Notes: generated by a model not told the origin, from the sequence alone. A stretch of DNA of 64,000 nt from Prevotella sp. (GCA_017615355.1 JAGAAJ010000002.1:1646-65645); one strand, 5' to 3'. Positions 29,315 through 37,945 are shown, numbered from the stretch's first letter. Translations and numbers: made by a program.

Positions 29315-29926
29315 TCAAAGAAAGAAAATGGATTCAGGCCCCATATTCAGCAGAAGGTCGAGGATGCTGAGATTGGGCAGGAAACCGTGACGCTCACGGA
29401 ATACCTGGTAGTAGGGGCGAACCTTGAAGTCAGGGTCTGCAGGTGCCTGCTTGGGTCGGATCGTGTCGCGAAAGTCGATGAAATCGCCGTTTTTTACAAA
29501 ATCGCTTGTCGGCTCCACATGAGGGTGAATGTCGATAAGCTCACATATCTTCTTTCTGATGGCTTCGTTGTAGTCGATGAGCCGCTCCCAGCGCTCCGTC
29601 TCAAAAAAGAAGGGCCGCAGGTCATCCTCATAATACGGCAGAAAAGGAGAGTCGCCATAGGCCGACGTGATGGCCTGCCAATGCTGGTGCTGCCAATGGC
29701 CGTGATTGCTGAGGCGAATGGCACCTGTCATACGTGTACCGTCTTCTGAAGCCGCTACAGGCACCGTCAGCGCCTGCACACCCTGTGCCGTAGCGATGAG
29801 GCAACGGTTGCGGTAGGTCTGCTTTGCGAACGACTCATGCACTTCCATCAATACGTGCTCGTGACGGTACAGCTTCTGATACCATTGCACAGGGCCGAAA
29901 TAGGTGGTAGAGAGAAGTGCCGTCAT
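29315..29926 (-). CDS. WbqC family protein
   Basis: KQTYRNRC, HWQAITSAYGDSPF, YYQVF...FLPNLSILDLLLNMGP. Confidence 0.9.
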   Translation of the reverse strand: MTALLSTTYFGPVQWYQKLYRHEHVLMEVHESFAKQTYRNRCLIATAQGVQALTVPVAASEDGTRMTGAIRLSNHGHWQHQHWQAITSAYGDSPFLPYYEDDLRPFFFETERWERLIDYNEAIRKKICELIDIHPHVEPTSDFVKNGDFIDFRDTIRPKQAPADPDFKVRPYYQVFRERHGFLPNLSILDLLLNMGPESIFFL

Positions 29927-29929
29927 AGC

Positions 29930-30469
29930 CTATAATGAGATCAGCGTGCGGTCGCCTCGCCATCCGTGCAAGATAGAGGCGTCAGGGTCATGACTGTAGA
30001 CGATGGTGGTGACACGGCCGATAATCAGCTCCTCAGAGATAAATCCCAGCGTGTGCGAGTCGGCAGAGTTATCGTTGCCAAGAGACCGCATCCAGTAGTG
30101 GTCGCGTCCAGCACAGTTCACCAGTCCAGGAACGACCATCCGCTGACCATCGTGCTCAACGGTGTCGCCAGGCAATGCCTCACAGCGACAGATAAGCACC
30201 TGATCAGTATTCTGGGGATTCTCGAAGGCCACGATATCGCCACGCTTGACTGCATGTCGTCCTATGCGTGTATAGCTGATGAGGCCGTCGTCGCTGCCCA
30301 CGCGCAGCCCATAGCTCCAGCGGTTCACCAATACGCGGTCGCCCTTCTGCAACAGCGGAGAGAGCGCATCGCCATCAACAGTACAGATGGTGAACACCAC
30401 AGCCCTGAACCCCAGCATGAGAAGGAGGGCCAGGGCCAAGGCTATGAGGAACTTCGCAGTCTTGCGCAT
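29930..30469 (-). CDS. signal peptidase I (S26)-like paralog, apparently lacking the catalytic residues
   Basis: N-terminal TM, GDRVLVNR, RGDIVAF, LPGD, NSADS, IIGR; expected Ser box reads VDGDAL and expected KR reads CR. Confidence 0.75.
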   Translation of the reverse strand: MRKTAKFLIALALALLLMLGFRAVVFTICTVDGDALSPLLQKGDRVLVNRWSYGLRVGSDDGLISYTRIGRHAVKRGDIVAFENPQNTDQVLICRCEALPGDTVEHDGQRMVVPGLVNCAGRDHYWMRSLGNDNSADSHTLGFISEELIIGRVTTIVYSHDPDASILHGWRGDRTLISL

Positions 30470-30476
30470 TAGCAAC

Positions 30477-30507
30477 TTGTTTGTTGCGACTCAGTCGCAA
30501 CATACGG
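30477..30507. repeat. REP-like palindrome, intergenic copy
   Basis: ttgtttGTTGCGACTcAGTCGCAACatacgg. Confidence 0.8.
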
Positions 30508-30509
30508 AC

Positions 30510-32057
30510 TTATTTGATGTTATCTACACAACGGAAGAGGCGGCTCCAGCGGATGCCTGAGAACCAGCTGCGGTCAGGATCGCTGCTCCACCAGATGAAG
30601 ATTGGCTTGCCCACGATATGGTCTTCAGGCACGAAGCCCCAGTAGCGGGAGTCGGCAGAGTTGTGGCGGTTGTCGCCCATCATCCAGTAGTAATCCAGTT
30701 TGAACGTGTATTTCGTGGTCTGCTGGCCGTTGATGTACACCTGACCGTTCTTCACCTCCAAAGTGTTGCCCTCGTAGGCACGGATGCAACGCTCGTAGAT
30801 GGCGAGGTTTTGCAGCACGTCCTTGCCAGGCAGCTTGACGGTATCGGCCAAGTCGATGGTGGCGCCCTTCTTCGGAATCCAGATGGGACCGTAGTTGTCG
30901 CGTGTCCAATGCAGGTTGCCGTTCTTCGGATAGACCTTGCGCCAGTCATCATCGGGTGGGGTAGTGTTCAGCGCAAGGCTGTCTACCAAGTCCTTGCGAG
31001 CCTCCAAAGCAGCCTTCACGCTCTTGGTCAGCGGCATCGCAGCGATGTATCGGTTGCGGCCTGAGAAGACGATGCCGTCGCCTTGTGAGCCTGGCGTATA
31101 GCCCAGATCCTCGCAGGTGATGCCCTGCTCCTTCATGAAGTCGTCGGTCAGCGTGGCTCCCTCCTTGAACACGACGGTATAGGAATACTGCACCAGGTCG
31201 GGCTCCTTGTTGGGCTTGCCGTCCAGATAGATGATGTGATCCTTGATCTGTAGTGTTTGTCCAGGCAGACCTACGCAGCGTTTCACATAGTTCTCACGAC
31301 GGTCTGTCGGACGTGTGCTGATGTCGCCATACTGCGCATAGTTGTTTTCTATGACCGATTTGCCTGAGGCATAGAGCTGCTGATAGAACGTATAGCGCGT
31401 GTTAGCCGGCATCGAGTCGATGATCTGCTGCAGCTCTGGCAGCGGCCCGTTGGCCTGCTCCAGCAGCTGATAACCCAGCTCATAGCAGAGGTCATAGTAA
31501 TAGGTCTGATACTGCGTCTTCGAGCAGATAGTATCGCCGGCAGGGTAGTTGAATACCACAATGTCGTTCAGCTCCACATGACCCAGGCCGCTGACGCGAC
31601 GATAGTCCCAATGCGGCCACTCGATATACGACTTGATGCCGCCGATGGGCAGCGTGTGCTGCGTCAGGGGCATCGTCAGCGGCGTCTGCGGGATGCGCGG
31701 GCCATAGCTCAGCTTCGACACAAAGAGATAGTCGCCTGTCAGCAGCGATTTCTCCAATGACGAGCTGGGGATGACATAGTTCTGGAAGAAGAACTGGTTG
31801 ATGAAATAGACGGCCACAAGGGCGAAGACAATGGCATCAACCCACGACATCACCGTGCGGATAGGCCCTTCGCGGTCCTGCCACCACTTCCATTTGATCT
31901 TCTTCGAGATATAAGCATCATAGATGAACGGCACTACGAGCAGACCCAACCACGACTTCACCCAGAAGAGGAAGAGCAGGTAGAGAACCAGTACGATGCT
32001 GAACTTAATCCATTGCCGCTTCATGTTCAGCGGCTTCTTTTCTTTCTTTTTAGCCAT
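30510..32057 (-). CDS. lepB: signal peptidase I
   Basis: IPSSSLEKSL, GDYLFVSK, YVKRCVGLPG, MGDNRHNSADSRYWG. Confidence 0.95.
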   Translation of the reverse strand: MAKKKEKKPLNMKRQWIKFSIVLVLYLLFLFWVKSWLGLLVVPFIYDAYISKKIKWKWWQDREGPIRTVMSWVDAIVFALVAVYFINQFFFQNYVIPSSSLEKSLLTGDYLFVSKLSYGPRIPQTPLTMPLTQHTLPIGGIKSYIEWPHWDYRRVSGLGHVELNDIVVFNYPAGDTICSKTQYQTYYYDLCYELGYQLLEQANGPLPELQQIIDSMPANTRYTFYQQLYASGKSVIENNYAQYGDISTRPTDRRENYVKRCVGLPGQTLQIKDHIIYLDGKPNKEPDLVQYSYTVVFKEGATLTDDFMKEQGITCEDLGYTPGSQGDGIVFSGRNRYIAAMPLTKSVKAALEARKDLVDSLALNTTPPDDDWRKVYPKNGNLHWTRDNYGPIWIPKKGATIDLADTVKLPGKDVLQNLAIYERCIRAYEGNTLEVKNGQVYINGQQTTKYTFKLDYYWMMGDNRHNSADSRYWGFVPEDHIVGKPIFIWWSSDPDRSWFSGIRWSRLFRCVDNIK

Positions 32058-32073
32058 TTTTTCTTGTATCTTT

Positions 32074-32114
32074 CTAGTTTAACTAGTTGGACTAGTAATA
32101 CTAGTAAAAACTAG
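32074..32114. repeat. 9-bp-period CTAGT tandem repeat
   Basis: ctagtttaa ctagttgga ctagtaata ctagtaaaaa ctag; the last unit contains the dapB stop. Confidence 0.7.
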
Positions 32115-32824
32115 AATTTAAACATGTCGCTGATGGTGAGCAGTCCCTGATGGTCCTTCGTGTACTCGGCAGCCAGGACGGCACCCAAGGCGAAGCCCTT
32201 GCGGCTGTGTGCATCGTGCGTGATGGTGATGAGGTCGGCGTCCGAGTCATAGCGGATGGTGTGGATGCCGGGCACCTCGCCGCGACGGATATGGTCGATG
32301 CGCAGCAGGCTGGGATCGGTGGTGTCCTCAGCCCATGCCGTCTTGCGGTCTATCGCGCTGACAATCTCCTCACCCAGCGTGATGGCTGTGCCGCTGGGAT
32401 GGTCCAGCTTGTGCACGTGGTGCGTCTCCTCCATCTCTACGTCATACTGCGGAAACTGGTTCATAATCTTGGCCAGATAGCGGTTGACGGCAGAGAAAAT
32501 GGCTACGCCGATGCTGAAGTTCGAGGCCCAGAACAAGGTCTTGCCGTTGGCGCAGGCCTGCTTCACGTCGTCGCCGTGCTCCTTCATCCAGCCTGTCGAG
32601 CCGCTCACCACTTTCACACCCTTTGCCCAGCACTTCAGGTAGTTGCCGTAGGCAGCTTGCGGTGCCGTAAACTCGATGGCCACGTCGGCGCTGGCGAAGC
32701 GTTCGCTCTCGAACTCCTCCTGATTGTCAATGTCAATGATGCTCACGATTTCATGGCCCCGGCTGATGGCAATCTCTTCAATCATCTTGCCCATCTTGCC
32801 GTAGCCGATTAAAGCTATTTTCAT
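32111..32824 (-). CDS. dapB: 4-hydroxy-tetrahydrodipicolinate reductase
   Basis: GYGKMG, GSTG, ASNFSIG, ETHHVHKLDHPSGTA, FALGA. Confidence 0.96.
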   Translation of the reverse strand: MKIALIGYGKMGKMIEEIAISRGHEIVSIIDIDNQEEFESERFASADVAIEFTAPQAAYGNYLKCWAKGVKVVSGSTGWMKEHGDDVKQACANGKTLFWASNFSIGVAIFSAVNRYLAKIMNQFPQYDVEMEETHHVHKLDHPSGTAITLGEEIVSAIDRKTAWAEDTTDPSLLRIDHIRRGEVPGIHTIRYDSDADLITITHDAHSRKGFALGAVLAAEYTKDHQGLLTISDMFKF

Positions 32825-33143
32825 CTTAATACGTATTAAAAACGCTGCAAAGGTACTAATAAGCGAGAAGAAAACCAAATTTAATTTGAGTTTTCTCGAG
32901 CGAGAGTACCTTCGGCGCAGCCAAAGGTACGAAGATGCGGCGAAATTCCAAAGGAAAATTCATCTTTGTATGATTGGTCGAGTTGTGACAGAGATTGACG
33001 TAGTTATATGCATCCTATCCATCCTGAGCGATGCTCGTTCATTATCACCGACGCTGGTTGTGATGGCAGAAATTATTGTATATCAATGGATTATATCCTT
33101 ATTCTGCGAATTGATAGAAATGGGTAAATGCAGATAAAAATTT

Positions 33144-33552
33144 TTTCCACTCAAAAATCGAAAAATAACCACAATCCATCACTTTCGCCTCTAACCTATT
33201 GTTTAACAATAGTTTAAGGAGTGATGGTTTATAGTGATGGTTATTTTAAACCATCACTTTTTCTTGTTTTTTGACAAGATTTTTAGCGTCATGAGTAGTG
33301 CTGTTCATCAAATTTTGGAGGCTCCGCAGCATAATGCGGAGGCCCCGCAGCAAATTTTGGAGCCTCTAAAATTTTGTAAAGAGCCTGTTTTTCAGAAAAA
33401 TGCAGCTGATTTTTGCCGGAAAAAATGTCAAAAATTCGGAGTGATGGTTTAAAAAACCATCACTCCAAACCATCACTCTTCAATCTACTGTATTTCAGCT
33501 AGTTGATAGCAAAAGTGATGGATTGTGGTTTATTTTCACTTTTTGAATGAAA
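33144..33552. mobile_element. MITE-like non-coding element with ~130-bp imperfect terminal inverted repeats
   Basis: 33144-33276 aligns with the reverse complement of 33426-33552; each arm carries four CCATCACT/AGTGATGG boxes; the interior holds a ggagcctcc repeat cluster; mobility is inferred. Confidence 0.65.
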
Positions 33553-33683
33553 TAAACTATCATGTCTACATCATAACAGTCAAAATGATAATATTTCTTT
33601 ACAAAGCTATTATTCCCATTCTGAAAATGCATTAGATCATTTCGGGAGTAGTGTTATTAAATGAATGGTAAATTCGCCATCCA

Positions 33684-33711
33684 AGATGCCACAGGGACGG
33701 GTGAGTGACAT
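33684..33711 (+). repeat. island direct repeat, copy 1
   Basis: AGATGCCACAGGGACGGGTGAGTGACAT. Confidence 0.9.
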
Positions 33712-33794
33712 TTTTCGCCATTCTCTATGAGAAATCCATAAGCAATGTTTTTCAGGGTTTGTGGTGCATAGATGAAGAATTTTCTACAAAATTG

Positions 33795-33824
33795 TTTGGG
33801 TTTCAAAATCTTTTTGTATTTTTG
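33795..33824 (+). promoter_or_regulatory. Bacteroidota sigma70-type promoter of the defence operon
   Basis: TTTG (33795-33798), 18 nt, TATTTTTG (33817-33824). Confidence 0.7.
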
Positions 33825-33829
33825 CAGCA

Positions 33830-34162
33830 AGTATCGCCGATACGTCGATAAATCGGCTCATGACTTCAGGTCATGTTTCCCTGAGTGCAGGGTGGCGGTA
33901 TGACTTTCGAGGAAAACAATAACAGCATTAGCTGATTATTCGGTACATCTTGAAACGTAGGAAATTTCAAAGATAGAGTAACTGATAGTCGCTAGTTCTG
34001 CACCTCAGGGTGTGGACATGACTTATCTGGTTACTCGGGCAATTCCTACGGCCTCAAGATGTAGATAAGGCGGTTCACGCCTTTTCTATGTTCTGAGGTC
34101 ACTTTGGTTTTGCCCGTCACAAATCCCGATAAGTCAGCAGTGCCTATAACTGGATATTGCTA
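33830..34162 (+). ncRNA. putative structured leader RNA / attenuator upstream of the restriction-modification-like operon
   Basis: ~120-nt rod (33944-34063), alternative ~118-nt rod (34019-34136), upstream segment complementary to the apex, terminator-like hairpin at 34067-34087. Confidence 0.6.
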
Positions 34163-35155
34163 ATGGCTAACAAGAACACAAACCTACATCAGGCAAAGGA
34201 GGCTAAAAAGGATGAGTTCTATACCCGACGTGAGGATATAGAGCGCGAACTATATCACTACCGCCGCCAGTTCGAAGGAAAGACGGTGCTATGCAACTGT
34301 GATGATCCACGTGTAAGCGAATTCTTCCAATATTTTGCTCTCAACTTTGAATGGCTTGGGTTGAAACGACTCATCTGTACATGCTATAAAAACAATGACA
34401 TTGATTTGTTTAGCCAGCACGACAAGGAACAGGCGGTATATATCATCTATGAGGGCGACAAGAACGGAAACAACCGCATAGATCCTGAAGAATTGGATGT
34501 AAAGCCGTTGAAAGGTGATGGTGATTTCCGTTCAAAGGAGTGTATCGAACTTTTAAAGCAGGCAGACATTGTGGTTACGAATCCTCCTTTCTCGTTGTTC
34601 CGACAATATGTAAAGCAGCTGATGGATTTCGACAAGAAGTTTTTGATTATCGGTCATCAGAATGCCATCACGTATAAAGAGGTATTTCGTTATATCAAGG
34701 AAAATCGCTTGTGGCTAGGCTATGGTTTCAACCGAAACTGTGCTCATTTCATCAGTCCAACCTATGAAGATACAGCAACAGATGCCGACCACAGAGAGGG
34801 GATGATTCGCGTGGCTGGAGTGATGTGGTTCACTAACCTTCATGTCAAGAAACGCGAGGAGGAAATGGAGTTCACGAAGAAATACAAGCCAGAAAACTAT
34901 CCTGAATACGAAAACTACAAAGCTATTGAAGTAGGGAAAACTCAGGATATTCCTGAAGATTATGATGGAGCTATGGGCGTTCCAATTACATTCATGACGA
35001 AATATAACCCCAATCAATTTGAACTTATTTGGACAACGGATAGAGGAGGTGATGGTATGCTTGAAGATTTGAAAAAGCCTCATACAAGATACGATGCTCC
35101 TGTAGTCAATGGAAAAGGTATGTATAAGAGAATACTTATCCGACACAAAAGATAG
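34163..35155 (+). CDS. adenine-specific DNA methyltransferase, EcoRI family
   Basis: KKDEFYT, LCNCDDP, GDGDFRS, motif IV VTNPPFSLF, MGVPITF. Confidence 0.9.
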   Translation: MANKNTNLHQAKEAKKDEFYTRREDIERELYHYRRQFEGKTVLCNCDDPRVSEFFQYFALNFEWLGLKRLICTCYKNNDIDLFSQHDKEQAVYIIYEGDKNGNNRIDPEELDVKPLKGDGDFRSKECIELLKQADIVVTNPPFSLFRQYVKQLMDFDKKFLIIGHQNAITYKEVFRYIKENRLWLGYGFNRNCAHFISPTYEDTATDADHREGMIRVAGVMWFTNLHVKKREEEMEFTKKYKPENYPEYENYKAIEVGKTQDIPEDYDGAMGVPITFMTKYNPNQFELIWTTDRGGDGMLEDLKKPHTRYDAPVVNGKGMYKRILIRHKR

Positions 35156-35161
35156 TGCCCT

Positions 35162-36271
35162 ATGGAAATGGAAATCAACTTGAAAGAAGTAACGATAGCC
35201 GAGTTATATGACGGCTATGAATACGATGAACTGAGCGACATTCTCGGTTATGGCGGTAAACTGAACATTCGCCCCGCCTTTCAGCGTGAATTTATTTACA
35301 AGCCTGCTCAGGAGCAGGAAGTCATCCGTTCCGTGATGAGAAAATTTCCTTTGAACGTGATGTACTGGAGTGATGAGGGTGATCATTATGAGCTATTAGA
35401 CGGTCAGCAGCGCACACTTTCCATCTGTCGCTATCTTGACCGTGCTTATAGCGTCGACGGTAAGTATTTCCACAACCAGCCAAAGGACATCCAGCAACGG
35501 ATTCTTAATTACAAACTGCTCATCTATGTATGCAATGGTGAACCGTCAGAGAAGCTGGAATGGTTTAACATCATCAACATTTCAGGAGAGCAGCTTTCTG
35601 ACCAGGAACGTCGTAATGCCGTATTTACTGGTCCTTGGCTGAGTGATGCTAAACGGCGTTTCTCAAAGTTGACAGGAAAAGGCGTGTTGATGGGAGCTAA
35701 CTACCTGAATGGCGATCCTAAGCGTCAAAAGTATCTGGAGACAGTTATCCAATGGGCAGCCAACAGCGACAAGGAACGTTTCAAAGGGAGCATTGATGAA
35801 TATATGGGGCAGTATCATGACAAGCCCAATGCCAACGACCTGATGCTCTATTTCCAAAAGGTCATCAACTGGGTAGAAGCCACATTCCCTAAATACGATA
35901 AACTTATGAAGGGTCTTGAATGGGGACGGCTGTATGACGAATACCATGATTTGAAAGACTGGGACACAGACAAAGCACAAAAGGAGTTGGAGCGGCTGTG
36001 GATGGATGATGACGTAACCCACAATGCTGGCGCATACGAATATGTGTTGGGAGGTGATGAGAGGGTGTTGAACATTCGTAAGTTCTCGCCGGCAATGGCC
36101 AAGGCTGCCTATACGCGCCAACATGGTATTTGTCCAATTTGCGGCAAACACTATGAATTGTCAGAAATGGAAGCTGACCACATTACTCCTTGGAGCCAGA
36201 ACGGGCCTACTAGTGCTGAGAACTGCCAGATGCTGTGCCGTGAGTGTAACAGAAGGAAGGGAGCAAAATAA
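35162..36271 (+). CDS. DUF262 (ParB/Srx-like) + HNH endonuclease
   Basis: RPAFQREFIY and LLDGQQR; C-terminal CPIC...EADHITPWSQNG...NCQMLCRECNRRK. Confidence 0.9.
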   Translation: MEMEINLKEVTIAELYDGYEYDELSDILGYGGKLNIRPAFQREFIYKPAQEQEVIRSVMRKFPLNVMYWSDEGDHYELLDGQQRTLSICRYLDRAYSVDGKYFHNQPKDIQQRILNYKLLIYVCNGEPSEKLEWFNIINISGEQLSDQERRNAVFTGPWLSDAKRRFSKLTGKGVLMGANYLNGDPKRQKYLETVIQWAANSDKERFKGSIDEYMGQYHDKPNANDLMLYFQKVINWVEATFPKYDKLMKGLEWGRLYDEYHDLKDWDTDKAQKELERLWMDDDVTHNAGAYEYVLGGDERVLNIRKFSPAMAKAAYTRQHGICPICGKHYELSEMEADHITPWSQNGPTSAENCQMLCRECNRRKGAK

Positions 36272-36287
36272 CTAAAAACAGGATACC

Positions 36288-37811
36288 ATGATAGAGAAGT
36301 GGAACCAGTTCGTATATGTGCTATGCGAAGCGAAGAAAAAGGATGTGGATGAGGACACTTACCACACGCTTATTGAGAACCAGCTGCAACTGTTGGGATG
36401 GATAATGTATAAGGGCGAGATCTGCCATAAGCCCAACATCCCCATCGGTAACAGTAAGTTTATTCAGCCTGACATTCTTGTGAAGAGTGACGGCGAAGAC
36501 CTCTTTGTCATAGAGGTGAAACGTCCTGTTCACACGCAGACGGAAAGAGAACGTGTACAGCTGGAGTCGTATATGCGTCAGCTGAAACTGGATGTGGGCA
36601 TATATATTGGTGAACACATTGAGGTGTTCTATGACAAGCCAAAGAGTAAGGATGCTGTTTCTGTATTAAGGATTCCACTTGAGATTGACAATAAGTTGGG
36701 TGCAAAGTTTGTGGAGAAGTTCAATAGGGAGCAGTTCGGCAAAGATGACATCGTGGACTTCTGCGAACAACGCATAGAGGAGATACAACGGCAAAGCAAT
36801 CTGAACAAAATCAAGGAAAGCCTGATAGCCAATGCCCAGATACAAATAGCAGAGAGCCTGAGACCCTACCTGATGGATAAATACGGCAGTTCGTTCTCTG
36901 AAGAAGAGATAAAGGGGATGTTGGCAACGATGCGTTTCACGGCCTCTGCCGAAGGTCGTCTGCCAGAAACGAAAGCTGTTGCTCCAACTCCACCTCTAAT
37001 TCCAAAGACAAATCTTATAAAATGTGTCCTGACCAGAAATGCCAATGCCAAGGGACTCTTTAACCCTGAAGATCAGTCGTTGACAGTCCTAAAAGGGAGT
37101 ACTATCAATCCTGTACATCTTGACAAGATTAGTCCTGCAGGAAGGAAGAAGCGTGATATTCTCTTTGCAAAATATACGGACTTCAGAAACGGAGAAAGAA
37201 CTGTCAAGGAAGATGTTTGCTTCGATTCGCCCAGCGGTGCAGCACAGTTCTGTGTTGGCGGTTCTTCCAATGGATGGTCTCAATGGAAAGATGAAACAGG
37301 GCAGGAACTGAATGTCTACAGGAACAACGGTAAAGCATCTTTTTCGGATACAAAAATAATCCGTTCAAAAAAGATTGTGGATTCCCATAAGATTCAACTG
37401 GATTTTTGGACAAGATTCAAGGACAAACTGAAGGCTACGAATAAGATTCCATCCTTGCAAACACCTAGGGCGCAGTATTGGTATGATATTAGGATTGGCA
37501 GACAAAACATATTGTTGTCGAATGTGTGCAATACGCTGAAGGATTTCGTTGGTGTGAAATTGTATATCAGAAAGGCCGTAGTGGATAAGTACTATCCAAC
37601 ATTAGAAGCCAGAAAGAATGAAATCAATCTTGCTCTTGGATGTGAGCCTGAATGGGATGCGAATCCTACTGCGAACGACAAGACAATAGCTCTGTTCCAT
37701 CAAACGGATTTGTCAGACCCAAGTAAGATGGAGGAAGCCCTCGACTGGCTTGTACAGCAGACCATCATCTTCTATAATGTGTTTTCGAAGGAGGTGAAGG
37801 GGATAAAGTGA
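36288..37811 (+). CDS. HsdR_N-like PD-(D/E)XK nuclease fused to DUF4357-like and DUF4268-like domains
   Basis: QPDILV...FVIEVK...QLESY; FDSPSGAAQFCVGGSSNGWSQWK; QLDFWTRF...QYWYDI. Confidence 0.75.
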   Translation: MIEKWNQFVYVLCEAKKKDVDEDTYHTLIENQLQLLGWIMYKGEICHKPNIPIGNSKFIQPDILVKSDGEDLFVIEVKRPVHTQTERERVQLESYMRQLKLDVGIYIGEHIEVFYDKPKSKDAVSVLRIPLEIDNKLGAKFVEKFNREQFGKDDIVDFCEQRIEEIQRQSNLNKIKESLIANAQIQIAESLRPYLMDKYGSSFSEEEIKGMLATMRFTASAEGRLPETKAVAPTPPLIPKTNLIKCVLTRNANAKGLFNPEDQSLTVLKGSTINPVHLDKISPAGRKKRDILFAKYTDFRNGERTVKEDVCFDSPSGAAQFCVGGSSNGWSQWKDETGQELNVYRNNGKASFSDTKIIRSKKIVDSHKIQLDFWTRFKDKLKATNKIPSLQTPRAQYWYDIRIGRQNILLSNVCNTLKDFVGVKLYIRKAVVDKYYPTLEARKNEINLALGCEPEWDANPTANDKTIALFHQTDLSDPSKMEEALDWLVQQTIIFYNVFSKEVKGIK

Positions 37812-37870
37812 TAAAAATCTCGAAATGGAATGAAATATCAATAACATTTCGTATCTTTGCCGTCGTAAAA

Positions 37871-37921
37871 ATGAAGAACTATGAAGAAAAGATACTAGAT
37901 GCCACAGGGACGGGTGAGTGA
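37871..37921 (+). pseudogene. possible truncated gene start terminating inside direct repeat 2
   Basis: TATCTTTG box at 37852-37859 and an A-rich leader, then MKNYEEKILDATGTGE*. Confidence 0.35.
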
Positions 37922-37945
37922 CATCCTATAGGTATGACGTGAGGT
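37897..37945 (+). repeat. island direct repeat, copy 2 (28-bp core plus 21-bp extension)
   Basis: AGATGCCACAGGGACGGGTGAGTGACATcctataggtatgacgtgaggt. Confidence 0.9.

Noticed and set aside
32886-33452. Small ORFs 32886-33137 and 33234-33452 (also 4491-4673, 22650-22922, 37981-38337)
   Set aside because: They overlap repeats, origin or promoter DNA and have no protein-like features
33830-34162. Leader RNA as a retron msr-msd, tRNA or known riboswitch
   Set aside because: No reverse transcriptase nearby, no cloverleaf and no aptamer consensus that I recognise; an Rfam search is still needed
34163-35155. Assigning GAATTC as the MTase target
   Set aside because: Family membership does not fix specificity; GAATTC sites occur in the window and depletion was not computed
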